Below are positions 1 through 11,427 of a stretch of 64,000 bases of DNA, piece by piece; position 1 is the first letter of the stretch, and every line of letters starts with the position of its first letter. The translations under genes were made by a program, and so were the position numbers. The notes under the pieces were generated by a model, which was given only the letters and a program-made list of their open reading frames with translations, made no database searches and was not told the origin of the DNA. The DNA is from Planctomycetota bacterium (GTDB lineage Bacteria > Planctomycetota > UBA11346), in assembly GCA_003136555.1 (NCBI GenBank), contig PLEW01000138.1, forward strand, positions 29,002-93,001, read 5' to 3'.

Positions 1-828
1 GGGCCGCCAGACGAGGCTGGCGGGATGGCCGTAGAAATTTCCGGGCTTGATATCGAAGAGTTTGCAGCCACCGAGCCAATCGCCCTGGTTATCACTCACC
101 AGCAGGTGCCCATGCTCGTCATAACCCAGGCCGTTGGGCGAGCGGACGCCGCATGCGATCGGGGTGATGGCGCCGGTCTTAGCGTCGACCTTCAGTATCC
201 AGCCACGATAGGGCACGACGGAATACATCCGTCCGGCCTTGTTCTTGTTGGCATCCCAATGTTGGAAGAAATCGTCGAAGCCAATGCCATAATGGCGGAA
301 CTGCCCACGCAGTTCAGGGAAGATGGAGGCCCCATTGGAAGCGAGGTTGAGGGCGATGATGTAGTTGCCATCCGGGTCCAGGACCGGACCAAAGGCGAAT
401 TCATGGTAGTTGCCGCTCATGCCGAAGGAATCGCAGACGGTGCGATACTGGTCGGCCACACCAGTCCCGGCACTATCGATCAGGCGGGTCAGCTCTGGGC
501 GCTGCATCACCAGGACTTCGGTGTCGCTGACCGGCAGGCAGCCCAGCGGCTCATGGAGTCCGTTGGCGAACAGCTTCCACTGCTTGGTGGCCGGATCATA
601 GCTGTAGACCTCGCCACGATGGAAGCATGCGAAGAGCTTGCCGCTCGGAGCGAAGGCCAGGGCGCCGACCTGGGCTTCAAGCCCGGCAGGAGTCTCGACA
701 TCCTCGATGGTGTAGGAGTCGTTGATGCGGCCATGCGGGAGCGCCTCGCTCGGCGCATGTGCAGCCTCGAGTCGGGCCAGCAGCGCGGCGCATAGGAGCA
801 CCGCGAGCAGATATGGTCGCAGGCTCAT
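1..828 (-). CDS. Edge-truncated secreted beta-propeller protein, soluble glucose/sorbosone (PQQ-type) dehydrogenase-like; N-terminal 276 codons only
   Basis: Own reverse-strand translation. ATG at 828-826 and the frame stays open to position 1, so there is no stop and it is absent from the ORF track. Starts MSLRPYLLAVLLCAALLARLEA (signal peptide), later ..YDPATKQWKLFANGLHEPLG.. and ..RSPNGLGYDEHGHLLVSDNQGDW... G/C-rich third positions. ATGA overlap with the stop of the upstream gene at 825-828. Confidence 0.7.
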   Translation of the reverse strand, partial: MSLRPYLLAVLLCAALLARLEAAHAPSEALPHGRINDSYTIEDVETPAGLEAQVGALAFAPSGKLFACFHRGEVYSYDPATKQWKLFANGLHEPLGCLPVSDTEVLVMQRPELTRLIDSAGTGVADQYRTVCDSFGMSGNYHEFAFGPVLDPDGNYIIALNLASNGASIFPELRGQFRHYGIGFDDFFQHWDANKNKAGRMYSVVPYRGWILKVDAKTGAITPIACGVRSPNGLGYDEHGHLLVSDNQGDWLGGCKLFDIKPGNFYGHPASLVWRP

Positions 829-1898
829 GGCGATGCTCCGGCAGGGGCGGAGAGGGTCAGCTGGAATGATGGCCCAGCCTTGGCGGGTATGGTCAGGATG
901 CCCTGCTCGAAGGCTCCCGCCGGGGAGCTCCACGATGCCGCGTGCTGGGGATCGATATGGAAGAACAGCGCCTGATCGGTCATCACCTTGAACGAGAAGA
1001 CCAGGCTGCGGGGCTTGTCCCCCGGGCCTATCAGCTCGTGGACTTCGACGCCATCCAGGGTGTAATGGAACTCGGGCACCCCCTTGATCAGCTGGTAGCC
1101 CTTGAAGTCGGCCACCGGCTCGGCTTTGCGGCTCAGTCGCAGCGGTTGGCCCTTGCCGGAAGTGTACCAGATCTGCCCGAGGATCTTCGCTTTGCCATTG
1201 CCATTGCCCTTCCAGTAGGCCCGATTGTCCACGAAGCCACCGGACCAGGCATAGCGGAAGCGGCATTGCGCCGCATCCCAGCAGAAGCTGTCCTGACCGG
1301 GCAGGGCCACGGCGATGGCGGCCGGCGATGCATCGGGCATGAACATGCGGTACATCATCGGACGCTGGAGGGGGTAGGCATGCGGGCTCTTGCCCTCGCT
1401 GACGGTGGCGTCGCCTGGGCCTCCCTCCTCTGAATCACTCGGCTTCGCCGCAGGCATGGGCACGCCCACGTACATCGCGCCGAACATCAGTAGGCCGTGC
1501 CCTGGGAAGCAGCAGACATAGGGGTAGATCCCGGGTTCGGACGGCGCCTTGAACGACACGCTCTTGTGTTCGTTCGCCATCACCACCGGAATCGACCACA
1601 GGACATCGGGGCTCTCTGGGACATAACCGAGCTTGGGCCCATCCGCACCCAGGGCGAGGGCCGCCGCGACCACCACCTCCCGCTTGCCAGGCTTGGTGAT
1701 CACCAGGTTGTGAGGCATGTCGGTGGTATCGGCATTCTCGAGCACGATGGTGACCGCCACGCCGGGCTTGACCGAGAATTGGGTGACATCGTAGTGCAGG
1801 CCGGTGATGGCCTTGATGTGGATGGTCTCGGCGGCCGGCAGGGCGCTGGCGAGGGTCAGGATGACCGCCAGCTGCAGGATGGTTCGCGTGGATGGCAT
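825..1898 (-). CDS. Secreted cupredoxin (type-1 blue copper) domain protein with an uncharacterised C-terminal domain
   Basis: 357-aa ORF with signal peptide MPSTRTILQLAVILTLASALPA. Cu-ligand pattern His (DMPHNLV) plus Cys/His/Met (YVCCFPGHGLLMFG). About 200 aa of unassigned C-terminal sequence. Stop overlaps the start of the downstream dehydrogenase-like gene. Confidence 0.8.
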   Translation of the reverse strand: MPSTRTILQLAVILTLASALPAAETIHIKAITGLHYDVTQFSVKPGVAVTIVLENADTTDMPHNLVITKPGKREVVVAAALALGADGPKLGYVPESPDVLWSIPVVMANEHKSVSFKAPSEPGIYPYVCCFPGHGLLMFGAMYVGVPMPAAKPSDSEEGGPGDATVSEGKSPHAYPLQRPMMYRMFMPDASPAAIAVALPGQDSFCWDAAQCRFRYAWSGGFVDNRAYWKGNGNGKAKILGQIWYTSGKGQPLRLSRKAEPVADFKGYQLIKGVPEFHYTLDGVEVHELIGPGDKPRSLVFSFKVMTDQALFFHIDPQHAASWSSPAGAFEQGILTIPAKAGPSFQLTLSAPAGASP

Positions 1899-2139
1899 GG
1901 TCAGGATGGGCTCCGACGAGGCTGATCGCCATCAGGGTTGAAGCGACATGTGGTCCAAGGATTGTTCCCGGTGCAGCTCGCGGCGTTGCCACCAGTCCCT
2001 GCTGGTGGGCGCATGGTCCAGCGCCCTGGCGAGCTGCTGCGCGCAACTATAGGATCGGATTGAGCGGGTCCGGTCCCTATGGCACCGGGGGGCAGCGGGG
2101 AAACGGGGCGTGTGCGGGGATGCGTGCTCCCGTCGGCGG

Positions 2140-3258
2140 TCATTCGTTCAGGGCCTGCTCGGCCCGGGGGTAGCTGCCGAGAACTTCGCACTGGGAGGTG
2201 TGCTTGACCAGCTCGCGCAGGGCATCCTCGACCTTGGGGTCGTGCTGATGGCCGAGCAAATCGATGAAGAACAGGTACTCCCACGGTCTTCGGCGGCTTG
2301 GCCGGCTCTCGATGCGGCACAGGTTGATGCGGTCCTTGTGGAACGGCAGCAGGCAGTCGTACAGGGCGCCCGGACGGTCCTGGACCCCGAACATCAGGCT
2401 GGTCTTGTCGTTCCCGGTCGGCTTGGCTGCACGTCCGGGAGTGCCGATCACCACGAAGCGGGTGATGTTGTTGGGATTGTCCTGGATGTCGGAGGCGAGG
2501 ATGGGCAGGCCGAAATTCTTCGCCGCCTCCTCGGGGCCGATCGCGGCGGAATCGGGTTCCTGGGTAGCGCGCTCGGCGGCTTTGGTGGTCGAGACGATCT
2601 CGACCAGTTCGACGCCAGGCATGTTGGCTGCCAGCCAGCCTCGGCATTGGCCGAAGACGGTATGGCGCGAATATACCCGCTTGATGCGCTCGCGCGGGCA
2701 GGAGGCCATCAGGTGATGGCGAATGCGCAGGTGCAGTTCGTTGATGATGCGCAGATGGGTGGCGAGGAAGGCGTCGATGGTGTCGGTGATGGAGCCATCG
2801 GTCGAATTCTCGATCGGAACAACGCCATAGTCCGCATGACCTCGTTCGACCTCGCTGAATACCGTAGCGATGCCTTCGACCGGGGCATAGGAAACGCTCT
2901 CGCCAAATTTGAGCCTGGCGGCCAGATGGGTGAACGCGCCTGGCTGGCCGAAATGGCAGATCGTCAGTGGCTGCTCAAGCGCGAAGCTTGCCGACATCAC
3001 TTCGCGCCAGATGGCGCGGATAGCCTGCTCGGGCAACGGCCCGGGATTGAGCCCGGCTAGGCGCTTGAAGACCTCCTGTTCACGATGCGGTACGAAGACC
3101 GCCCCGCCTTTGAGCGCCTTGGCGGCGCCGATCCGCCGTGCGCATTCGGCGCGCTTCGACAGGAGCAGGATGAGCTCATTGTCGATGGCATCGATCTGGG
3201 CCCTCTGGGCATTGAGTTCGCTTGGCGCTGCGCTCTGCGGAGAGGAGGGATCGGACAT
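2140..3258 (-). CDS. pheA: Bifunctional chorismate mutase / prephenate dehydratase (P-protein)
   Basis: N-terminal CM helix region (QIDAIDNELILLLSKRAECARRIG). PDT domain (ICHFGQPGAFTHLAA..). C-terminal ACT domain (TSLMFGVQDRPGALYDCL..ESRP). Start is either ATG 3258 (MSDPSS) or ATG 3288. Confidence 0.9.
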   Translation of the reverse strand: MSDPSSPQSAAPSELNAQRAQIDAIDNELILLLSKRAECARRIGAAKALKGGAVFVPHREQEVFKRLAGLNPGPLPEQAIRAIWREVMSASFALEQPLTICHFGQPGAFTHLAARLKFGESVSYAPVEGIATVFSEVERGHADYGVVPIENSTDGSITDTIDAFLATHLRIINELHLRIRHHLMASCPRERIKRVYSRHTVFGQCRGWLAANMPGVELVEIVSTTKAAERATQEPDSAAIGPEEAAKNFGLPILASDIQDNPNNITRFVVIGTPGRAAKPTGNDKTSLMFGVQDRPGALYDCLLPFHKDRINLCRIESRPSRRRPWEYLFFIDLLGHQHDPKVEDALRELVKHTSQCEVLGSYPRAEQALNE

Positions 3259-3372
3259 GGAGTCACCAGCGCGCCCAAACAGCGGCATGAGCGGCAGAGA
3301 CCGTACCGGTCGGTTCGGCTGCGCGCGCTTTGGGTCCCGGTGCTGAGCGGAGGAGAGGCGGCATGGCGAGGC

Positions 3373-3840
3373 TCAATAGGAGATCGACTTGATCTTAAAC
3401 TTCAAGTTGCCGACCGGCGCGTTGACGTTGATGGTCTCTCCGGCCTTCTTGCCCATGAGCGCCAGTCCCATCGGGCTGGAGGTGAGGATCTTGTTCTCGA
3501 GGGGATCGTCCTCGCCTTCGCCGACGAGCAGCCAATCCTCGATGCTCTTGTCCTTGAGGTCCTCGAGCTTCACCTTCGCGCCGAAGGCCACGCGGGAGGT
3601 GTCGATCTGGCTCTCATCGACGACCACGGCGCGCGATAGCTTGGAGCGGAGATCCTGGATGCGGGCATTGATCATCGACATCTCCTCCCTCGCCGCATGG
3701 TATTCGGCGTTCTCGCGCAGGTCGCCCTTCTCCCGGGCGTCCTCGATCGCCTTGGCGATCGTCGGGACGCGGGACTGGAGCTCCTCCAGCTCGTGCTGGA
3801 TCTTCTTCTTGCCTTCAGCGGTGACCGGAATGCTGCTCAT
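3373..3840 (-). CDS. greA: Transcription elongation factor GreA
   Basis: MSSIPVTAEGKKKIQHELEELQ...GDLRENAEYHAAREE..SSPMGLALMGKKAGE is classic GreA. The ORF-track start at 3900 lies inside the upstream terminator, so ATG 3840 is preferred. Confidence 0.93.
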   Translation of the reverse strand: MSSIPVTAEGKKKIQHELEELQSRVPTIAKAIEDAREKGDLRENAEYHAAREEMSMINARIQDLRSKLSRAVVVDESQIDTSRVAFGAKVKLEDLKDKSIEDWLLVGEGEDDPLENKILTSSPMGLALMGKKAGETINVNAPVGNLKFKIKSISY

Positions 3841-3889
3841 AACTCGATTTCCATGAAGGGTCGTGGTGGCGGCGCGGGCTTGAGACGAC

Positions 3890-3923
3890 AAAAAAAGCAA
3901 CGCAGGCCCGGTAAGCCTGCGCC
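3890..3923 (-). terminator. Rho-independent terminator downstream of the DAHP synthase gene
   Basis: Minus strand reads GGCGCAGGC-TTACCGG-GCCTGCG followed by TTGCTTTTTTT. GC stem plus a 7-U tract, 18 nt after the stop at 3941. Confidence 0.75.
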
Positions 3924-3940
3924 ATGCATCACTGCGCTGG

Positions 3941-5008
3941 TCAGTTCGGTTGCAAGCGGCCTTTGACGATCGCTCCAGCCAAGTTCCTCAGCATGGATAC
4001 GGTGGTGGAGAAGTCAACGCAGGCATCGGTTATGCTTTGACCATAGACCAGGTTGCATGGGTTCGCTCCCAACGCCTGCTTCCCGGCTACCAGATGGCTC
4101 TCGATCATCACCCCGATGAGATGGGGCGACCCGCCGTTGGCGAGTTGGGTGGTGAGATCCTTGAGGACCACCGGCTGCCTGGTATGGTCCCTGGCGGCGT
4201 TGTCATGGCTGCAATCGACCATCACGCGGTGGCAGACCTTGTGCTGGCTCAGCTGGCCAGATGCCTTGGCGATGTTCTCTGCGTGGTAGTTCGGCCCGTG
4301 CTTGCCGCCACGCAGGACCAGATGGGTATCGGGATTGCCGGTGGTCGTGACGATGCTGGCGAGGCCTTCGCTGCTGATGCCCAGGAATCGGTGCGCATGG
4401 CTCGCCGCGACCATAGCATTCACCGCCGTTGACAGGCTGCCATCGGTGCCGTTCTTGAAGCCCACCGGCATGGAAAGGCCGGAGGCCATCTCGCGATGGG
4501 TCTGGCTCTCCGTCGTACGGGCGCCGATGGCAGTCCAGGAGACGACATCGGCGATATACTGGGGGATGATCGGATCGAGGAGTTCGGTCGCTGCAGGCAT
4601 GCCGATGCGTGCCAGGTCGAGCAGCAGCCGGCGAGCCAACTGGAGGCCATGATTGATGTCGTAACTGCCGTCCAGATGGGGGTCGTTGATGAGGCCCTTC
4701 CAACCGGTGGTGGTACGGGGCTTCTCGAAGTAGACGCGCATCACCAGCTCGAGCTGATCGGAGAGCTCGGCGCGCAGGCTGGCGAGCTGCTGGCCGTAAT
4801 CCAGGGCCGCGTTGACATCGTGGATCGAGCAGGGGCCGACGATGACCAGCAGGCGACGATCATCGCCGCGCAGGATGGCGCGAATGGTGTCCCGCGTGCT
4901 CGCCACCAGGTCGGCACCGGCTTCGTCGAGCGGGAGGGCGCTTTTGATGGAGGCGGGGGTCAGCAAGGGACGGGTCTCGGCGATATGCAGATCATTGGTC
5001 TTGCGCAT
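3941..5008 (-). CDS. aroG: 3-deoxy-7-phosphoheptulonate (DAHP) synthase, class I
   Basis: Near-colinear with the E. coli AroG pattern: LLVIVGPCSIHD, VMRVYFEKPRTTTGWKGLINDP, GARTTESQTHREMASGLSMPVGFKNGTDG, ITDACV. The isozyme type (G/F/H) cannot be determined. Confidence 0.95.
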   Translation of the reverse strand: MRKTNDLHIAETRPLLTPASIKSALPLDEAGADLVASTRDTIRAILRGDDRRLLVIVGPCSIHDVNAALDYGQQLASLRAELSDQLELVMRVYFEKPRTTTGWKGLINDPHLDGSYDINHGLQLARRLLLDLARIGMPAATELLDPIIPQYIADVVSWTAIGARTTESQTHREMASGLSMPVGFKNGTDGSLSTAVNAMVAASHAHRFLGISSEGLASIVTTTGNPDTHLVLRGGKHGPNYHAENIAKASGQLSQHKVCHRVMVDCSHDNAARDHTRQPVVLKDLTTQLANGGSPHLIGVMIESHLVAGKQALGANPCNLVYGQSITDACVDFSTTVSMLRNLAGAIVKGRLQPN

Positions 5009-5025
5009 GGATGGGTCTCGTGAAC

Positions 5026-5053
5026 GAAAAACCCCTAGTCCTGCGACTAGGGG
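5026..5053 (-). terminator. Rho-independent terminator (plsX transcript end)
   Basis: Minus strand reads CCCCTAGTC-GCAG-GACTAGGGG followed by TTTTT. Perfect 9-bp stem, 4-nt loop, U tract. Confidence 0.75.
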
Positions 5054-5199
5054 CGATGACAGGCCGGTTATGGCTCGTCCCTAGGTGGGCAGTGCAGGGG
5101 AATAGCTAAACAACCACGGCCATGTGAACATGACGGGCATCGTGGCCCAATCTTCCCCGGTTTCCAGTGGTAAGCCCTGGAGTCGCGCGGACGTGCGTC

Positions 5200-6240
5200 T
5201 CACGCGCCGGCCGTGACCGATGCCGGGCCGGTCCGCCGCAGCTCGGCAGCATTTATGTCCTTGAGCAGCTCGCGCATGGCGTCCATGACCTTCTTCTCGA
5301 CGCAGCGGGCCGCCTGACCCAGGGCGTGGAAGACGGCGAGACGATTGCTGCGTCCATGGCCGATGACGCAGACGCCGTCCACCCCTAGCAGGAAGCAGCC
5401 ACCGACATTGCGCCAGTCAACGCGTTCCCTCACCCCTTCGAAAGCGGGCCGCGAGAGCAGGCCGCCCATCTTGGTGAGAAAGCGGCGATTGATCTCCTCC
5501 TTGATGATGCGCCGTAGGCCAGCTTCCAATCCTTCGCAGGCTTTGAGCACGACATTGCCGGTGAAGCCGTCGCACACGACGATATCGACGTTGCCACCGA
5601 AGATGTCATGGCCTTCGACATAGCCGACGAGATTGAGATTGGTCGCGCGCAGCAGTTCGAGGGTGCCGTGCGTCAATTCGTTGCCTTTGCCGTCCTCTTC
5701 CCCGTTGGACAGCACTCCGACTCGGGGATTGGGGTAGCCATAGGCCACCTTGAGGAAGGATGACGACATCTCCGCGAACTGCGCCAGGTGTTCCGGCTTG
5801 CCGACGCTATTTGCACCTGCATCGCAGATGTAGGTCGACCCCGAGGGCTTGGGCAGGGGGGTGAGGATGCCCGCGCGCTTGACGCCGGGTATGCGGCGCA
5901 GATGCAGCTGGGCGGCAGCGACACTGCAGCCCGTATTGCCACACAGCACCATCGCGTCGGCCTTGCCTTCCTTGACCAGGAGGGCCGAGCGATTCATGCT
6001 GTCGTTGGGCTTTTCCTTGAGCGCCTGGATCTTCTCTGCCATGCCGATGATGTCAGGGGCATGCTCGACATGGATGTTCGCATGTCGGGCGCCTTCCTTG
6101 GCCAGGCAGGCGTCAATATCGGCTTGACGCCCGACCAGCACCACCTCGTGATGGGGGAACTGGCGGGCATAATCGACAGCACCTTGAACCATGGCGCGAG
6201 GCGCATCATCGCCACCCATGGCGTCCAACGCCAGGCGCAT
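5200..6240 (-). CDS. plsX: Phosphate acyltransferase PlsX
   Basis: MRLALDAMGGDDAP.., CGNTG, CDGFTGNVVLK, GHGRS motifs. Canonical position directly downstream of rpmF. Confidence 0.95.
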   Translation of the reverse strand: MRLALDAMGGDDAPRAMVQGAVDYARQFPHHEVVLVGRQADIDACLAKEGARHANIHVEHAPDIIGMAEKIQALKEKPNDSMNRSALLVKEGKADAMVLCGNTGCSVAAAQLHLRRIPGVKRAGILTPLPKPSGSTYICDAGANSVGKPEHLAQFAEMSSSFLKVAYGYPNPRVGVLSNGEEDGKGNELTHGTLELLRATNLNLVGYVEGHDIFGGNVDIVVCDGFTGNVVLKACEGLEAGLRRIIKEEINRRFLTKMGGLLSRPAFEGVRERVDWRNVGGCFLLGVDGVCVIGHGRSNRLAVFHALGQAARCVEKKVMDAMRELLKDINAAELRRTGPASVTAGA

Positions 6241-6249
6241 GGAAATGTC

Positions 6250-6465
6250 CTAACCTTTGGTCGAGTCGCCGGCGTCCGGAGCGACCGGATCCTCACGGAA
6301 CAGGATTTGGACTCCACGGTAGAGGCCGGTGCGCAGATCCACATGGTGCGGACGATGAACACTCTTGCTCTTGGTATCCACCGAAAGCGCAGGCGCTACA
6401 AGGGCTTGGTGGGATTGGCGCATCTTCTTGCGGCTAGGACAGACGCGGCGCTTGGGAACAGCCAT
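6250..6465 (-). CDS. rpmF: 50S ribosomal protein L32
   Basis: MAVPKRRVCPSRKKMRQSHQAL is the L32 N-terminus. The internal ATG at 6465 of the 97-aa ORF gives the expected small size. Conserved rpmF-plsX pairing. Confidence 0.9.
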   Translation of the reverse strand: MAVPKRRVCPSRKKMRQSHQALVAPALSVDTKSKSVHRPHHVDLRTGLYRGVQILFREDPVAPDAGDSTKG

Positions 6466-6823
6466 GGTGACCTCTATAATCGTCGGTATCGAACTGATAG
6501 CGGAAGGGCGAAGCACGATAGGGCTACCCTCCCGCCCTGTCAAGGCGAGCGCAGGCGCCGCGCTGCCGGGGCCAGTGCCCAGATGGGTGCCTCGACCTCA
6601 GTGTGAGCCGTGATGTGCTCATCGTCCAGCGCCAGGCCACGGCGGCCGCATGAGGTCGTTACAGACCCATTTGCCCATGGGCCTGACTGCACAGTGTAGG
6701 CGGCGCATCACCTCCGCTGTACACAGGCTGGCGACGATGCACGCCATGCGCTGGATGTCCGAGATTCGCCGGCCCCCACAGGCAGTTCCGGCACCCGTCA
6801 GGCACCCACCCGGGAGGACACGG

Positions 6824-7843
6824 ATGACCATCGATGAGGGTCGCTACAGCCGCCAGATCCGCTTTGCCCCGATCGGCAGTGCTGGGCAGGTGAGGCTGGC
6901 CAAGGCCCGCGTGCTGATCCTGGGATGTGGCGCCCTGGGAGCGGCCTGTGCCGAGCAGCTGTGCCGTTCCGGGGTGGGGATGCTGCGCCTGGTCGACCGC
7001 GATTTCGTCGAAGCATCGAATCTCCAGCGCCAGTCCCTCTACACCGACCGCGATGCGGCCGCCTGCCTGCCGAAGGCGGTGGCTGCCGCCGACCATCTGC
7101 GCAGCATCAATCCCTCATGCTCCTTGGAATCGATAGTCCGCGATGTCCGCCCTGCGCACATCGAGGGCTTGCTTTCTGGGATCGATCTCGCCATCGATGG
7201 ATCGGACAATTTCCCTACCCGGCATCTGCTGAACGAGGCCTGCTGCAAGCTGGGCATTCCGTGGGTGTTCGGTGCCTGCGTCGGCGCATACGGCCTGTCG
7301 ATGCCGGTCCTCCCGGGCGAAACACCCTGCCTGCGCTGCCTGCAGGACCAGCTGCCCGATGCCGGAGACAGCCCGACCTGCGATACCAGCGGCATCATCG
7401 CACCGATCGTCCAGGTGATTGCCGGCTGGCAGGTCGCCGAAGCGCTCAAGATCATCGTCGGTGATCGCGCATCGGTGCGCCGGGAGCTTTGGACGACCGA
7501 TCTCTGGGCCGGCACCCTGCAGCGTCTGCGCCTGGCCGGCTGGAGGCATGCCGACTGCGTCGCCTGCGGCGCTCGGCCGACCTATCCGCTGCTCCACGCA
7601 CAGGACTCCGGTGGCATCGTGCTCTGCGGCCGCGATGCGGTCCAGGTGCAACGTGCCGCAGTCGGGGACATGGCGCGCCTGCGGGCCAGGCTCGGAGCGG
7701 CGGTGGTGCTCGCCAATGATCACCTCGTGCGTTGGCGCGATGGCGATCAGATCGCCACCTGCTTCAGCGATGGCCGAGTGATGGTCCAGGGCTGTACCGA
7801 CATCGAACGCGCACGATCGTTCTGCGATCGTTGGCTGGGGTAG
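6824..7843 (+). CDS. ThiF/MoeB-family E1-like adenylyltransferase (long, Bacillus MoeB-like architecture)
   Basis: RYSRQIRF..LILGCGALG..DRDFVEASNLQRQ Rossmann/adenylation motifs and CxxC pairs (CLRC, CVAC). C-terminal extension ends DGRVMVQGCTDIERARSFCDRWLG. ATG 6824 is preceded by GGGAGGA. No ThiS/MoaD gene is adjacent. Confidence 0.85.
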   Translation: MTIDEGRYSRQIRFAPIGSAGQVRLAKARVLILGCGALGAACAEQLCRSGVGMLRLVDRDFVEASNLQRQSLYTDRDAAACLPKAVAAADHLRSINPSCSLESIVRDVRPAHIEGLLSGIDLAIDGSDNFPTRHLLNEACCKLGIPWVFGACVGAYGLSMPVLPGETPCLRCLQDQLPDAGDSPTCDTSGIIAPIVQVIAGWQVAEALKIIVGDRASVRRELWTTDLWAGTLQRLRLAGWRHADCVACGARPTYPLLHAQDSGGIVLCGRDAVQVQRAAVGDMARLRARLGAAVVLANDHLVRWRDGDQIATCFSDGRVMVQGCTDIERARSFCDRWLG

Positions 7844-7848
7844 CCGGT

Positions 7849-8433
7849 TCAGGCAGACGGACCTGCCTGCGGGGCGCTGGCCGGGGCGTACCAGCGGTGC
7901 TGGGAGATGGCCACTGCTACCGCCGGCGTGACCAGGTCGGTGATGGCCAGACCCGCGGCCAGTCGTTCGCGGACCAGCGAGCTGGAGAGCGCCGGCAGGC
8001 CAGCCGGATGGTCATCGTAGCCGCGGCGGGGTACGGCGATGATGTCGATCAGCAGGGCGAGCTCCCGGCCGCGGTACCAATTCGGCAGATCGGCCGCGGT
8101 GTCGGTTCCACTGACCAGGAACCAGCGGTTGCCCGGATGCGCCTGCTGGAGGCGGGTGACCAGATCGTAGGTGTACCCGGCGGGATTGCTGCACTCATCA
8201 TCACGCAGCGTCACGAACCCGAGCGGCGCGAAGGCGAGTCGGCAGAGCTCCCAGCGCTGAGCCCAGGGCGAGAGCTCCTTGGCATACGCATGGCGCGCCA
8301 CCGGAAGCACCCAGACCTCATCGATCTCGCCGACCACCCGGGCATAGCACGCCGCCAGCACATGACCGAGATGTGGGGGGTCGAAGGAGCCGCCGAACAG
8401 GGCGATGCGCATGGCGCCATTGGAGCGATCCAT
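7849..8433 (-). CDS. nadD: Nicotinate-nucleotide adenylyltransferase
   Basis: RIALFGGSFDPPHLGH (HxGH nucleotidyltransferase motif) and ..SGTD.. Alternative start at ATG 8412. Confidence 0.88.
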   Translation of the reverse strand: MDRSNGAMRIALFGGSFDPPHLGHVLAACYARVVGEIDEVWVLPVARHAYAKELSPWAQRWELCRLAFAPLGFVTLRDDECSNPAGYTYDLVTRLQQAHPGNRWFLVSGTDTAADLPNWYRGRELALLIDIIAVPRRGYDDHPAGLPALSSSLVRERLAAGLAITDLVTPAVAVAISQHRWYAPASAPQAGPSA

Positions 8434-8498
8434 CCACCTCTGTTCAAGCTGGCAGATGCTGCCTCAGAGGCATCCGGCCTGAGCGGCGGGGATGGCCC

Positions 8499-10355
<1,857 letters not shown>

Positions 10356-10515
10356 ATTCGTGTGCGACCGGATGGCGAAGTCCAGCGTGGTCAGAGGGTT
10401 GCGTCGCAGGCGCCTGAGGGCGCACGGCGCGGATGCGCTCCAAGCAGGACGGAGGGCACGACTCTAGGTCGGCGGCAGGCAAGGCAATGTCTGACCCGTA
10501 GCGAGATCGGTCACA

Positions 10516-11397
10516 TCACTCGCGCGCCCCGTGCTTCTTGGCGGTGATGATCCAGCGATGGACGAGCTGATCTGGCGAGCTGCCGAGAGCCCGGCCGAGG
10601 TGCAGGGCGAGCGCCATCATGGTGCAGGACGCCTCGCGCAGCGCATCCGCCTCGCGCAGCGAGGCGAATAAGCGCTGCGCACGTTCCTGGAGTTGGGCAA
10701 AATGGACGGCGGCAAAGCGCGCCGGGTCGGCACTGTCGCAGGCGAATCCGGGCAGGGTCAGCGCACTCAGCCAGTCAGGCGCGATAGCCTGCACGAGACC
10801 TCGCGGATGCGCTGCTCCGAGCCCTCGCCAGCGCGGCAGGACCTGATGATCCCCCTGTCCCGCGAGGCCGCCGTCGATCAGCAGGATCAGGGCGGCCTCA
10901 GCCAGCTCCTGCATCACCTCCAGATAAGCATCCTGGGCCGCCTCTCCCGGCGTGACGTCCTGGCCGACGAGGTAATCCTGGACGGTCAATGCGGGCAGAT
11001 CGCGGACATCTGCGCATCCCTCCAGACAGGGGAAGCGAATGCCCTGGTGCAGATAGCGCACGGTCTTGACCTGACGCTCCCGGCCAAGCGGATACAGCCG
11101 GCACGACAGAGGGCGGGCCGCATGAACCGAACAGCCGCGCTCAGCTGCATAGAGCCGGCAAGCAGGCAACCCTTTCCAGCCCGGCGGGCCGTCGAACCGC
11201 AGTCTGATGCCGCCGAATTCGCAGCAGCGCTCGGCGAACGCGGCAACACCTTCGCCGCTGGCCTCGGCCAGGCGTGTAAGCTCCCACGGATTGATCCACA
11301 CCATCTTCCCATGGCAGCACGTACCGGCACGCGTGCAGGTCAGTGGCAGGCTGGAGCTGGGCTCGAGGTAGGTGTTGCTGTGCTGATCGGGAACCAT
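10516..11397 (-). CDS. YkgJ-family (CxxCxxCC) Fe-S/zinc cluster protein with an extra C-terminal domain
   Basis: LTCTRAGTCCHG ... CRLYAAERGCSVHAARPLSCRLYP matches the YkgJ/UPF0153 cysteine pattern. About 170 aa of unassigned C-terminal sequence. Confidence 0.7.
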   Translation of the reverse strand: MVPDQHSNTYLEPSSSLPLTCTRAGTCCHGKMVWINPWELTRLAEASGEGVAAFAERCCEFGGIRLRFDGPPGWKGLPACRLYAAERGCSVHAARPLSCRLYPLGRERQVKTVRYLHQGIRFPCLEGCADVRDLPALTVQDYLVGQDVTPGEAAQDAYLEVMQELAEAALILLIDGGLAGQGDHQVLPRWRGLGAAHPRGLVQAIAPDWLSALTLPGFACDSADPARFAAVHFAQLQERAQRLFASLREADALREASCTMMALALHLGRALGSSPDQLVHRWIITAKKHGARE

Positions 11398-11427
11398 GGT
11401 GCGGGCAGTGGCTGGAGGAGACGAAGG

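Noticed and set aside
25-795. 256-aa plus-strand ORF at the left edge
   Set aside because: It is antisense to a much better reverse-strand frame (1..828) that has a signal peptide, dehydrogenase-like motifs and G/C-rich third positions. Its own translation is low-complexity and has no recognisable motif.
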